Assembly: GCF_964355755.1 (NCBI RefSeq)
Contig: NC_092675.1
Location: forward strand, 19,812,912 to 19,876,911
Length of the DNA: 64,000 nucleotides
Direction: 5' to 3'
Origin: Antedon mediterranea
Taxonomy: Eukaryota; Animalia; Echinodermata
The notes below the pieces were generated by a model. It had not been told where the DNA came from, made no database searches, and was given only the letters and a program-made list of their open reading frames with translations. Position 1 is the first letter of the stretch, and each line of letters begins with the position of its first letter. Shown piece after piece: positions 1 through 12,873 of this stretch. Position numbers and translations under genes: made by a program.

Positions 1-1526
1 TATAATTGAAAACTATCTAACAATACAAGGTACAGATTTGAACCTTGCACAGAAAAAACCTGGTGATGTACCGACCAACATGCCATGAAAAATCTGAAAG
101 AAAACTAACTTGTTAGTTTTTATTCTGGAAAAAAAAAACACGTCTAAATTGAATTTATAAATAGAGCCTAAACGGCTTGGGGTTAATTTGCGGGAAAAAC
201 GAGCATCAATGATTCTGCGTGCTGCCCGATAATACCGTGCAAATACTACATAAAACCTGCTTAAACAATCATAACAACATTTCTGAAGAAAATATAATTA
301 AACAATTTATCTAATAACTACCAGTATATAACACATCTTAATTTTACAAAAACAAATAGGTATACTATATAAATACAGTAAAGTAAAGAGAACACAAACA
401 AGAATATTATGTAATTTATTTTTAAAATACATACAAAAAAACAATATTTTTAAAAGGAATTAAATACAAACGGTTTTTAATTTCTAGTATAGGTAGAATT
501 TCTAAGGATAGACCTTCTGGCAATCATATTCATACATAAAAAGGGTTGAAATCTACTTATTTTACTTTTTAAAAGTTAAAAATATAGCTGTGTGATTGGG
601 TAATAGCAATGAAATTATCAATTATTTAAAAAGTATTCATAATAAAAAAATAAAGGTTATAAAAGTGAGTTTGCGGTGTAAATAATTATTCTACTCTTCA
701 TGGTCTTTTCCCCAAAAGAACAAGGTGTTTGGATCCAAATTTCAATCAACAATCAAATTAAACTTCATTTTGAAGATATTTAAAATACAACATCATGCAG
801 CAAAAAACACAAAAAAAACAATGATGTCCAACCATTAATGATATTCAAACCAGCCCTCTGACTGGGACTGAGTTTCATATCATTTTCATTTATTTTTTTA
901 TTTGGTAGTGATCAATTGATATATTTATTTAGGTTAAATTAATTAACAATCGATTAAATACAGAAAAAAAAAATTAGCTGTTGTTATGTATGTTAAGTGC
1001 ATGATAATTAAAAATATTCTGATAAAAAACTGAAACCATATTCCAAGATTGTTGCATGCGCCAATGTGCTATTCTTAACTTGCTGCAGAAAATATACAAA
1101 AAGTGACAAACCTCGTCCCATTCAAATGATGGAAGACAATGAGAGAAACAATTTTTTCCAGGATGGACTCAAAATCATGATACCAGTATAACAAACAAGC
1201 AACAATGTTATTGTTTCCATAAAATAAATTAAAAAAACTTTTGCTGATCTTAAAATTAGTGTACGGTACAAAATAAAAGTTTTTATGGTAAAGTAGATTA
1301 AAACAGAATTATCAAATACAAATTTTGATGTTCTTAAATTTTAACGACGAACAATTCATACATGCCAATATGATTGATAAAAGTGCACCATTTTATTCAC
1401 CGCTGACCACCTGACCAGCATGCACCGCAGCAAGCAATGAAGTAAAACCATTTTGTCAATAGTCTGGACTTGCCTGATGCTGCCGAAAAGCTCACATCCA
1501 TTGGAATATGTGAAAGTACTCCGTAC

Positions 1527-1611
1527 CTATATCTTTTCCCGGCAGAGGCGTGACTGCGACCATTTTGTTTATATATACGATCATTTTTTTCTACAGCTTT
1601 TTGTGGCGAAG
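1527..1611 (-). CDS. KCNMA1: Slo1 exon, RCK1-RCK2 linker (probably the constitutive exon after the STREX-equivalent site)
   Basis: cttttctttag|CT TCG...TAT AG|gtacgg; 85 nt, phase 1 in and phase 2 out; ASPQKAVEKNDRIYKQNGRSHASAGKRY(R), reminiscent of vertebrate SPKKKQRNGG...MR. Confidence 0.8.
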
Positions 1612-2916
1612 CTAAAGAAAAGAAGCCACATGATAAAGATGCAACAATAAAGGAGTTTGTATGCTACTTAGTCTGTAAGCGAGAGGTCGAAAGTTTGAAT
1701 CCTACCAGATTTACTTTTCTAAAGATTTTGAGATCAAGAAAATTATTTTATAATCAAGAAAATTATTTTATAATCTGTTATATAGTTAGTTTTATAAATA
1801 TAAAAATATTTTTATAATGAATATGGTTATAAATTTAACTTTCGGTTTTAAAAAGAATAAAATGCGCTCTGCTTTTAAAATGTGTCAGTTATATAATTGT
1901 ATAAAGTAAAAGTTTTTAAAAGTAAATATATTTTTATAATGGTAAGAACATTTGCAAAAGAACCCTATTGGTTGAAAAGCAAAATTGTTAAAAGTATAGT
2001 TCTTAATATATCTTGCAAAACAATTGTAAAAAAACAATTATATTAATAATCTAAAAATAGTACAAAAATAAACTTATTTTCCTATAAAATATATTAATAT
2101 AATAATTGCAATAATATAATGAAATGCAATAAATTATAGAATACTAGATATGCCGCACTTCTTTATTACTAATATTCAATTATTATATCAAATGTGTCTT
2201 TACAGTATCCATTTTATTATTCATTTTAAGACAATTATATACGGTAATTGAAAAAATATAATAATGTCAATGACAAATTACAAAGTCACTAAATACATTA
2301 TAAAATTTCTAGAAGAACACTTTTAAATTCTGTCATCTAATTTTTTCACAAGACCCAAGAACTATCACACAGGATAAAAAACTATTAATAATTTATGTTT
2401 AGAAAACAAAAAACTGATTTATTGTATCATAGAGATATTATAATATCTCTATGATTATATATACAGCATATAGGTTTATGAACATGTCAAAAACACCATG
2501 GATGAGAGGTCTAAAGTTAATGATTAAAGTTAAGGTGCCTGAGTGAATGACTGAATTCCCTCATAGTTTTACCAATGATGTCTATGTTTGTATAAAAGAC
2601 AATAAACCATAACAAATTTTAAAATAAAATTATATACAATTACCATGATATAAAAGAACCTCAATTTAGGATGACTGTGGTAACATGACTCAAGAAAAGG
2701 CTGTCAAACCGAAACAAATGATCTTGAACTAAGAATTATGTTAAATTTATTTCCACCAAAATCCACTTATATATAACAAAAATGTTAGTAAAAACCGACT
2801 TCATATTTACAAATAGATGAAAAAATTGAAAATGAGATTCAATATTTTTATGATTTTTTAAAAATGTATTTATTTTTGTTAGGAATAAAAATGACCGATG
2901 AAGTTAGCGATTTAAC

Positions 2917-2925
2917 CTGAAGTGA
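2917..2925 (-). CDS. Candidate 9-nt phase-1 microexon (VTS)
   Basis: About 40-nt pyrimidine tract ...ttttttgtgtgtgcaccttttcccag|TCACTTCAG|gttaaa; UGC about 14 nt upstream of the exon. Confidence 0.5.
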
Positions 2926-3574
2926 CTGGGAAAAGGTGCACACACAAAAAAAAGAGAACAAAAAAATGTGCATGAAATTAGATGACGCATTGAGATATGA
3001 CTACACTATGGTTTTTAGTATGCATGTGTATGTAGACACATTATATAAATATATATAGACATTTATTACACTACAAGGATGATAAAAACTACTAATAATA
3101 TGTTCACACAGCCTCATGATTTACAGTTTTATAATAATCAAAGTGATTCCGTAAACTAAAAATGATTTTTTGTTTTATAATTTTCAAATAATTTGCATTT
3201 GTATAAATATCTAAAGACAAAAGTTTTCATACAACAATTAACTGAAGAATAGTTAAAATTAAAATAAAATTATCGAAAGCATTTCTTATATTTTATAGCA
3301 TTTATTTCAATAAAATTAAAATAAATTCAATAAAAAAAACCCATACGTATTTGCTATGGAAGATATGCCTTTAATAGTGTGACTGTGCCGGATTTTAACA
3401 TATTAACTTTTTCTTTAAAAATCTGACTTGAAATATCTGTTCATTGTCTGTGTGAACATAAATTTACTCTTAAAAATAGGAGAATAGAAAAATAACAACC
3501 ATGTTAGTATAAAGAAATAAAAAGACATCCATGTTAGGCCAATCATATCACAGCAGTCACTTTAAAAATGTTAC

Positions 3575-3631
3575 CTCGCCGATTTTTTCGTCTTCCCATA
3601 CGGCTGTCGTATGGCCCTGTCTCATGCAAGA
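3575..3631 (-). CDS. Candidate 57-nt phase-1 cassette exon (VLHETGPYDSRMGRRKNRR)
   Basis: tttttgcccactttgccttccatag|TC TTG...CGA G|gtaaca; GC-rich, with good splice sites and UGC motifs in the tract. Confidence 0.7.
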
Positions 3632-5238
3632 CTATGGAAGGCAAAGTGGGCAAAAATCAAGCATTAGTAAACATAGTAGTATAAATAACAAGCAATACCT
3701 TAGTGTATTAGGGGGTGTGTTGTGAAGGATTGTGGGTATTTTGTGGTACTAGGATTGTGTGTGCCTGTTAAAGGCTGTGTAGGTGTAGTTTAAGGTAGGT
3801 GAGTCTTTAAAGCTTTTATACAATTATTAGCCTTGTTATTGGCCTTTCTTGTTCTTGGAAAGAAATTAGTATATATTATATTAAGCTAGGTTTTCAGGTA
3901 GAACATAATTAATTCAGTTGTTAAGGGATTTCCCTTTTAGGTATATAGTTTTACCTCAATAACAATCAATAACAATCAATAATAATAGGCCTAATAATAA
4001 CGGGTATACCATGCATTAAACAGGATGTGAGTTTACAATATTTAAAATTGTAAAAACTAAATATACATTTTGATGTTTTTTACAAAATCCTGACAAACCC
4101 TTTTCAAATCATAATTTCTATTCTTAACTGATGTTATAATTTGACCGTATAAAATAAGGACTTCTCAACAATATCTATAATAATGGGATAATCGATCTGG
4201 TACAATATCAACTTATATATTAGGTTCTAAATACACAAAAAGGTGAAAATATGTTTGCGTTTGCAATTAAAAATATAATATATAAAATAAATACTAAACT
4301 AAACAATCTTAATATGATCCCTAATAATATTAGACCTACTAACATACATGCTTAAAACATCTAACATTCACATAAAAACTGTAATTACTATTTTTAGGCA
4401 TAGCATAAATGGCGTCAAACACATTGTTTGATGTGAGGCTTAAAGGGGGTGATCAACATGGAGAAAATTTTATCTTTAAATTCTACAAAATCATTCAATT
4501 TGACACTGTATCATCATCTACCTATACATATATTTACATGCACTAAAACATGTACTTATCACAATCATTTATTGCAAAATGTGAATAGAATTGATTTTAT
4601 TTTTATACTATTTATAGTTCACAAAATACAGAATAAAGTGAATAATGGCATACCTCTAAATCCATAAAATTACTAAGTTAAATCTTGAGAGGTTGTTTAT
4701 ATGAAAGTTAAAATTTCTTTTTGAGAAATTAATATTAATAAATACAGCAATATTAGCAAATACAGTATTCAAAATTAAATGATTTTATCTGTGCCCGCAT
4801 GACATACAAATTTAATTATTTATTTATGCTGCAAAACTATTTTTTTAATTTGAAGACTTATTATTTTTGTAATTAATTTTACATTTAATAGTTACCATGA
4901 GTACCAGTATATTTTTTGTTTGATGATTTCATAAATATAAATTACCACTTTAAACGGTATTATTATAGTATTTGGAACTTATTAATTTTAAAGAATTTTA
5001 TTATTTTAATGTGAATCCATTCTAACCATGTTAAATGTAGATTTGCAATGTAATAAAAGCTATGAATATGCAAATTACACACATGAATATGCATTGAATT
5101 AATGCAACACATGCAAATTAATTATAGGATTAGCGACCTACAGGGTTACTAGTTAATTTTCTATAAGTACACAGTTAAAATACAACATATTTATCAAGAA
5201 TTCTAGTGTGCTGGTATCAATGGTGACCCCTGACCTAC

Positions 5239-5289
5239 CAATAGTGACCCCAGACTGTCGAAGGTTACATGTGTAAACTGAACAAGAAC
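5239..5289 (-). CDS. Candidate 51-nt phase-1 cassette exon (GSCSVYTCNLRQSGVTI)
   Basis: tttatcaattttatttag|GT TCT...ATT G|gtaggt; stop-free and symmetric. Confidence 0.5.
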
Positions 5290-5654
5290 CTAAATAAAAT
5301 TGATAAATACAATATAAAGTAAAAAATACTTTTAAATGAAATATATGTGAAAAAGAAAATGTTTTTATCACCTTTGAAAGAATTATTTAGGAAATTATTT
5401 TGAGCTTAACAATAATAAAAGACGGTTAAAAAACAACTGAATAAATAAATCATTAATAAAAAAGCAATTGAAATAAAACCAAAAAATCATATACCTTCTT
5501 ATTTCTTATCTTATAATCTTTCTCTTCTTATAACAACAAATTACCAATAAACCCGATTCAAAGATGTTTTATTTAGTAAACATTTTTTTTTTTAAAGTGT
5601 TGGTATATGTATGTTTGTGATAAATTTAGAAATGGTAATTGAAAAAAAAAATAC

Positions 5655-5696
5655 CGATAGTAAAGGGTTTCTTGCGACGTTTTATAACAATCCGAT
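5655..5696 (-). CDS. Candidate 42-nt phase-1 cassette exon (DRIVIKRRKKPFTI)
   Basis: attacacctcttag|AT CGG...ATC G|gtattt; polybasic KRRKK. Confidence 0.5.
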
Positions 5697-7839
5697 CTAA
5701 GAGGTGTAATATAACTAAAAGCATTTTAAGTATTTTGGAATAAGTTTTAGCCATTATGTAAACTTCTTGTACTCATACGTCTTTATTGCAGACAACTGTG
5801 CAAAACGGTTTGCTCTTCGGTATCTTTAATTTATGTAAGAGCTGTAACGGTAGGTTTTTTAGCGTTTGGATATTGGCAAGCTCTTTAATTTACATGTAAG
5901 TTGATGCCAAGTTGCCGAGATGTTCTGAAATGTGAAAGATGTCGATAAGTTGACATGGAAAGTAAAGTTCTGCATATGTAATTAGGACATTACTAAAGGT
6001 CAAAGTTTAAGCCAAAAACGCATTCATACTTCTCATTATGAAAAGAAATAAATTGATAGATAAGAATAACTATAAAAAACATCCATGATGTTTTAAAAAT
6101 AGGCTGTTAGAAAACTTATACCGGTAAATAATTTTTAAATAAAAAATGTTTTAAAAATTTGGAAATTAATTCTTATAATTGCTTTATTAGTTATTATTTT
6201 ATATTTTTTTATCCGATTTATTAAAAAAATAAAAAACACCACACCTACTTGAATAAAGTAACATAAGTTATACATACATAATATATACATACAGGTGGTT
6301 ATGAAAACAAAATTGTTGTGTGTGTGTGTGTGTGTTAATAGTTAGAAATTTATAAATACTGTTAAACAGTATACCAATGTATTTAATCTAATTCACCTAT
6401 GACCTCTGAAAAATAAACCATATACTTTTCTAACACTAGATAATGAAAAAAAAACTTTCAAATAATGCTAAATAACAAAACAGTTATTAGTAACTGTTTA
6501 GTCAAGTAGAGATGGTGGTGGTCCTTTACACATTATTGGAACAGATAACAATTTATTGTAATGAAATGTTCACCAAAAAGAAACTCATTGAATTAAAAAA
6601 AAAACATATGGCATTAAAATAAAACAAAAATCACAAAAGAAACAACAAATAATAATACAACCTGTAAAAGAATACAAGATGGAATAAATTATAATAATTT
6701 TAAATGAATAAATATAACTTACAAACATATCCATAACTAAATATTCACATTGAATAAAACTATTCATAAATACGAATATTCATTATATAATTTACATTCA
6801 TAATTAATATAGATAATAAATGTAAATATTCCTATATACATATCATATTCAACAAACATGTACATACAAAGTAACATACATTAATGATTTTCTTAACATA
6901 AATGAATATTCATAATAATAGTACTAAATATTCATGATAATAGTGAATATGCAAAATAGAAAATGGCAGTGCATGTCACATAATGAATAACATAATCCTG
7001 TAGATGAAATAAGTAAATCACTGTAAATAAAACATAATAATTATGAATAAATATGAATATATGATAACGATGCTACAAATATAAAATGTCATGTGATAGG
7101 CAAAAGCGCATGTGATGGGAAGAGCATAAACCGGAGAGCATGGGAAGACACAGGTTTGGAAACAAACACAGTTATACACACAATGGAATAATCTGCAATG
7201 AAAGCAACTATTAATGTCATAACTTATAAACCAACTACAGATTGATAATGCATATATGTTACAAATAAAAATATTTTTTAATTCTTCAAAAAAATGCGCT
7301 TGAAAACAAGTTAGCAGCAATGTTTTGTAAAGCATGGATCATGTCTTAATAGACCATTTAATTGACTCAAAATATCATCATCTGTCAATGGTTAAAGAAA
7401 ATGAGTAAAAAATTATTAAATCATTGGTTATTTTTGTCATCGTTTTTTTTTTACAAATTTAGTTTTGGATTCAAACAGAAAAAAATAATTAGTATAATAC
7501 TATATAATAATAAATCCAAAGGCAAATTACTGAAAAAAATGACAATGCTGTGGGTACTATATAATAATATATATAATAATAATATTTTGTTTTTTCCATT
7601 GTTACAGATTTATTTTAAGTTCAACAAAAATGGTCTATATTTTTTACATTTTAAAGCAAAACAAAAAAACGGGATGTTTTTAATGCCAAAATAATTGCAT
7701 AATTTCTGGTATGGCGACCAATACCACATGATACAAAAATGATCTGGAGTTCAGGATGCTGACAACTAAAAAAAATTTCAACAAACTCATTCAAGACTTT
7801 AAATAACAAAATAAAAAATCTTCTAAATTTGATACATAC

Positions 7840-7869
7840 GCAGCGATATGCCCGAGACAGATGGGGTGT
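7840..7869 (-). CDS. Candidate 30-nt phase-1 cassette exon (DTPSVSGISL)
   Basis: AG-free pyrimidine-rich stretch, then aaag|AC ACC...CTG C|gtatgt; GC-rich island; the AAG acceptor is suboptimal. Confidence 0.4.
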
Positions 7870-9527
7870 CTTTCATGTCAGGGTAGATAGATGAATAAAA
7901 TGAAGAAACATAGATGGATGAATATTACTAATATCATGCTATGAGGTATAACCTCCAGGTGCAAGGATGATTACTATATTAAGTATGGTAATGATTTTTG
8001 CTTAAAACTTAAGTGCTTGTTTTGATAAGATTTATTTGAATAAATAAAATATTATCTCAAGAAAAAAAAACTGCTGAAAGAAGAAATTCATATAAGAATT
8101 CTTTATTTTCCAAAAAAAACCGGTCAAAACCTTTCGGCCTAAATGCTTGTTATAATGAAATACCATAGAAATAATATATCTATGAATATACTAATTAAAG
8201 TTGATTTCATTTTAAATTCAAGGGGTGTTTTTTCTTTTCTTGAGAAATAATTGTTTATCCCATTAAGTGTTTCTTATACAAAACATGACTTTTAGTTTAT
8301 GCAATTAGAATAACACTTTATACATTTGGAATGAATGAGAGAACTAAATTGACTTCAACTCAGGATAATTTGTAACAAGTCATTATTAACAATTTGCTAG
8401 ACATTTCAACATACTCTTATTGCCATCTTATTTACCGCAATTTCAAATTTTTCCTGACAGTTTAAATAAAAATAATTGAGGCTGGAAATTCACTGTGTCA
8501 GCAAGTAAATTATTATAAAACTGTTAAGGAGTGTTCAATTTATACTTGTTTTCATGTTTTAATGATGTTCAAAAAGAAAAAATGTTTTCTATAAAATAAA
8601 CATATTTATTTACTATAAAACTACACCTTTACACTATTGTAGATATTGTATATTAAGTTATGTTAATTTACCAATGTTATATTTACTATTCTAGATGCTA
8701 TGATTGCCACTAATATAGATTTAGAAATGCCAGATTTAAAGAAATGTCAGAAATTTTGAGAATAAAATTTTTAAATATAGGCCTACAAAAATATATATAT
8801 TTTTTAATAGTAGAAGTAATAATAGTTTAAATTCATGTTTAATTGCATTATGATCTGTAAAATGTTCTTTTCAAGTTTAAATCAATTAAACATGATATTG
8901 AAGAGTTTATACTTTTAGCTTAACATAAGTAAATATGAAGATGTATAGGCAGGGAAAACAATATTAGAATATACTAATAGTACTACATTATGATTTAGAA
9001 TGTAAATCACTATAACTGACATTTATACAATTGAGTTTTTCTCATAATAAAATATCTCCAATTTAAATAAATTCAAATAGGTAGCAATTTAACCATACAC
9101 GCCAGAATGTGTACTTTATATTTTAAGTATAAATTATCTTAAACACTGAATGACAGTTGGTGTCATATTAAGTTGATCTCATTCATAATAATTTACATAA
9201 ACATGTTGATGCACTAATGATGGTGAAGCATGCAGTCAGTGGTATATCTAGTCTGGATGTGAGAGGGGTGGGACAGTAAAGGGAAAGAATAGACTGAAAG
9301 AGAAGATGAACATTTAAAATATCTTATCTTTATGATACCACAGATTTTGAATTCGCAGGAATAACCAAGGGAATTTTGAATGTTTACATCCCTACAGTTA
9401 TCAACACAAACTTTCTCCTAGATATACCACTGTACAATTAGCTGTTAGTTGTCAGAGCTTATTTTTGGAAGTTTATAAAGATAAATTCTGATGATGTGAG
9501 GATGAGTAGAAGTCCAGCAGCACTCAC

Positions 9528-9602
9528 CAGATGAATTCCCGTTTTCTTCCAAGGGTATTGATTCACCAACCTCGCTTTGATTTGTATATTTCAGTCCCTT
9601 CA
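9528..9602 (-). CDS. Candidate 75-nt phase-1 cassette exon (VKGLKYTNQSEVGESIPLEENGNSS)
   Basis: tttttttggtgtttcatcag|TG AAG...TCT G|gtgagt; strong donor; linker-like peptide. Confidence 0.7.
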
Positions 9603-11124
9603 CTGATGAAACACCAAAAAAATGAAGTGAAAAGTAAGCAAATACCAAGAGAAAAGAAGAGAAATTTATAAGATTACAAATGAAAAGATTATAAGAATTA
9701 TCATAACCATGACAACATTTGCAACAGACCAATTATGATCAATAAAAAAATAAACGAAAACATTATTATCAACTACTTTCAGTAGACTTCATTTTTAGAA
9801 ATCAGAGCATGTTAAAACTAAAATAGCAATGATATAATTAATGTTTACAGAATTACTAAAATATTAATTGCAATATATTTTTATTATTATTGATATGAAA
9901 TTTATGTTGTTTAAAAGATTGCATTATAAGTAAACAATAGTAATGTTAGGTTTGCGGTACACCATATGTTTATAATATATGGTTGAAAATGGCTTGAAGT
10001 TTCTCCAGAAGACGGTAGTAGAATAACAACGGAAACATCAAGACATTCTCAAAAATACTCTATTTCCTTTTGAAAACAAATGTTGTATTGCAAACCTTAC
10101 TTTACTAGAAATGTATGTAAATATTATAGATACATTTGTGGAATATTGTTAATGCGATTTATTGATATTAATGATATTAGTACCTATATTAAAGTTTATT
10201 ATCAAATATTTTAAACATTATTCTTATCACAAAAATACCATTAAAACCAAGTTTCATCTATGATGAATGGAGATTCTTAATTTTTACAAAATGGGAACAT
10301 GGTTTGGCAAAGGTGTTTCCCTTGAGGTTATACAGTAACATATCCCTCTTTTGGAACATTTATTCAGGAGAAACTGCTATTAAAGGAACATTTAACTTGA
10401 AATTAATAAGGTGGCAGTGTATTTTTAACACAGTACACACTTTTGATGTCTCCTAAATAGGGGTCCTGCTGTATATATCATTTGAAATATAACATTTGAA
10501 AGATGTCTATTTCTTACTTGCCATTAAAATCACCATTTTCACACCTGAAACAGCATTATGTTTGAGCTAAAGTGGTATTCTTTCTTAGATTTATCAATTC
10601 AGTGATTTAATCGTAAATCTAAACTTTTAAATTCATGTTGGTAATGCTTAAAGATCAATCTTTTCATTACAGACTATTCAATTATTTATTTACATAATTG
10701 AAATTAATACCAATGTGCATATTAATAGAAATCAAATAAATGAAACAAGTGATCATTTATAGTTCTTTTGACAAGAATAATGGGAAATCGATCTTTAAAT
10801 CTATTATGTCAATGAAGTCTAGAAAACTGAACAAAATAATAATCAAAAAATTGGTGATGATTTAAGAAATGAAAAACTAAAAATGAAGACAAAACCGTGA
10901 TGATCTGAGATGATAATGACGATGAGTCTTACAGAACCTAAGCAATCTAAAATGAATTATTGTGAGTGATGAAAATACAACAATAATCTACAGTAGTATG
11001 TGAACAGAAATACAATGAATAACATAAAAGAATGCAGGCATCTTTCACTGCTGAAAACAAATCGTATCATTAAAATGTAGTAGTTCATTACAATAAGCTT
11101 AACCATAATATCATCGCTTTGTTA

Positions 11125-11285
11125 TGCTTGGTTTCAACTAGAGACGCAATGCAAGAACGTAAGCACAATGTAAGTGATTTGACCAATCACAAGCAATGGA
11201 TTATTCATACTGTCGCTTGTCATTGGTCAACTTACTTTACATTGCGTCTACGTCCTTGTGTTGTGTCTCTAGTGGGAACCATGTT
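11125..11285. mobile_element. Palindromic MITE (Harbinger-like)
   Basis: About 70-bp imperfect arms: TGGTTTCAACTAGAGACGCAATGCAAG...GACCAATCACAAGC and GCTTGTCATTGGTC...TGTCTCTAGTGGGAACCA. Confidence 0.75.
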
Positions 11286-12807
11286 TTACTCTTATAGGTA
11301 TTTCAAATTATATTTATAACTAGATTTTAATTTGCATTTTGATTTATAGTAGGTTATTCGCGTCAACGCTGTGCATGTACATTATAATATGTGCACAGGA
11401 ATTGGATGAATGCTATCCTATAAACTGATGTATATATGTATAGTGCTAAATTTGGTCTATTAACGTATTATAGGATATTAATTATGTGCACATTCCACCA
11501 TTGTAGCCAGAATGATGCATTGTGGGTTTAATGTATGCATGTATAGCTACAAACTTTATTGTACATCCCACAATACATCCTCCTTAAAATGGTGGAATTA
11601 TAAATAAATAAGGAGAATTTTTAAATAATATAATACAGTTGCAGTACATATGTTATGGTGGGTTGTTTATGGTGTTTTAGCTATAGAGAAGGCTGTGTAG
11701 TACATTTTTATAATTGCACAAAGCAAGCAATTTATTTTTAAAAGAATTACATTAAAAATATATAATTCAATTATATTTAAGTTAGTGTAGGCATTAAATA
11801 TTGGGGATATTTTTATTTGTCTTTGGTTTAGTGAATCAAAAATAGATTTTAAATTTCAATAGTATGTTTGGAATATAAATATATCATTATTAACGATAAT
11901 TTTAATGGAATGCAAAAGGGTAACAGGTTTCAGAGGTTCAACATCATTCAATTCAGGTTGAAGAATTTTATTAAAATTTTTTTTACAAAATAAGTGTTAA
12001 TATTTATTTAGAATGAAATTATGAATTATGATGATGATATTATTGTTAATAAATCTACTGATGATGATTATATCATTATTATATCATAACGTTCTATACT
12101 ATTTACATTATAATAATGTTGATATTGTGTATGCTGATTTTGATAATAATGATTATAGATAAAATGTTTTTGAAGATTAATGAAGATACCATGATCATGA
12201 TGTTAATACTACTAGTGATTCAATTTTAAATGTATAATAATTATTATTAGGAATAACTATTATCAAATGACAATAAGGACTAAATATTGTCTACTTGAAT
12301 ACGTCAATATTGGACAGGTAATAGTACATTCCAATGTCAAAATGCAAGAGAAAAAGAGTGGTGTAGGGGCTGAGGAAAAGGAACAATAAGGATGACAACA
12401 AAACAAAGGAATACGACGGGAACAAATACAGGAGTAATAAATTGCGACTCCCAACATCAAATAGATACACATAGTTTCTGGATCAAATAACTTCAACATA
12501 ATGGTATATAAAACAATCGTTACTGGTGGATACTATACAACTTCACAATTGAATTCATATTCATTAGGATCATGAATTGTATTTAAATTCTATTGTCTTG
12601 CAAATTCATTAGGTGATTTTGGGCGCATTCATATAGCACATGCAAATTGAATATATCTTAGTCTGGGATAATAATTTGGTTTTGGGGGGAAATCGTGCTG
12701 GTTGTAGGTCACTAAAATACATATTCATATCAAAATTTACATATTCATGTCAAAATTAACATATTCATGCAGCTTTTTGTTATAAATATTGTTATCAATA
12801 AAACAAC

Positions 12808-12873
12808 CTGGAGTTCTAATGCTGGCTCTTGAGAATATTCTTCGATGATAAGTATTACGTCGCCGTTTGTTGG
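12808..12873 (-). CDS. Candidate 66-nt phase-1 cassette exon (ANKRRRNTYHRRIFSRASIRTP)
   Basis: atctttctctcttcactatag|CC AAC...CCA G|gttgtt; long pyrimidine tract; stop-free only in the required phase; donor is weak. Confidence 0.6.

Noticed and set aside
1660-1710. tRNA-like fragments here and near 17570-17655
   Set aside because: Only B-box-like remnants with no cloverleaf; probably decayed SINE heads rather than tRNA genes.
12634-12711. Acceptor followed by VTYNQHDFPPKPNYYPRLRYIQFA...
   Set aside because: Runs into TGA with no convincing phase-1 donor.
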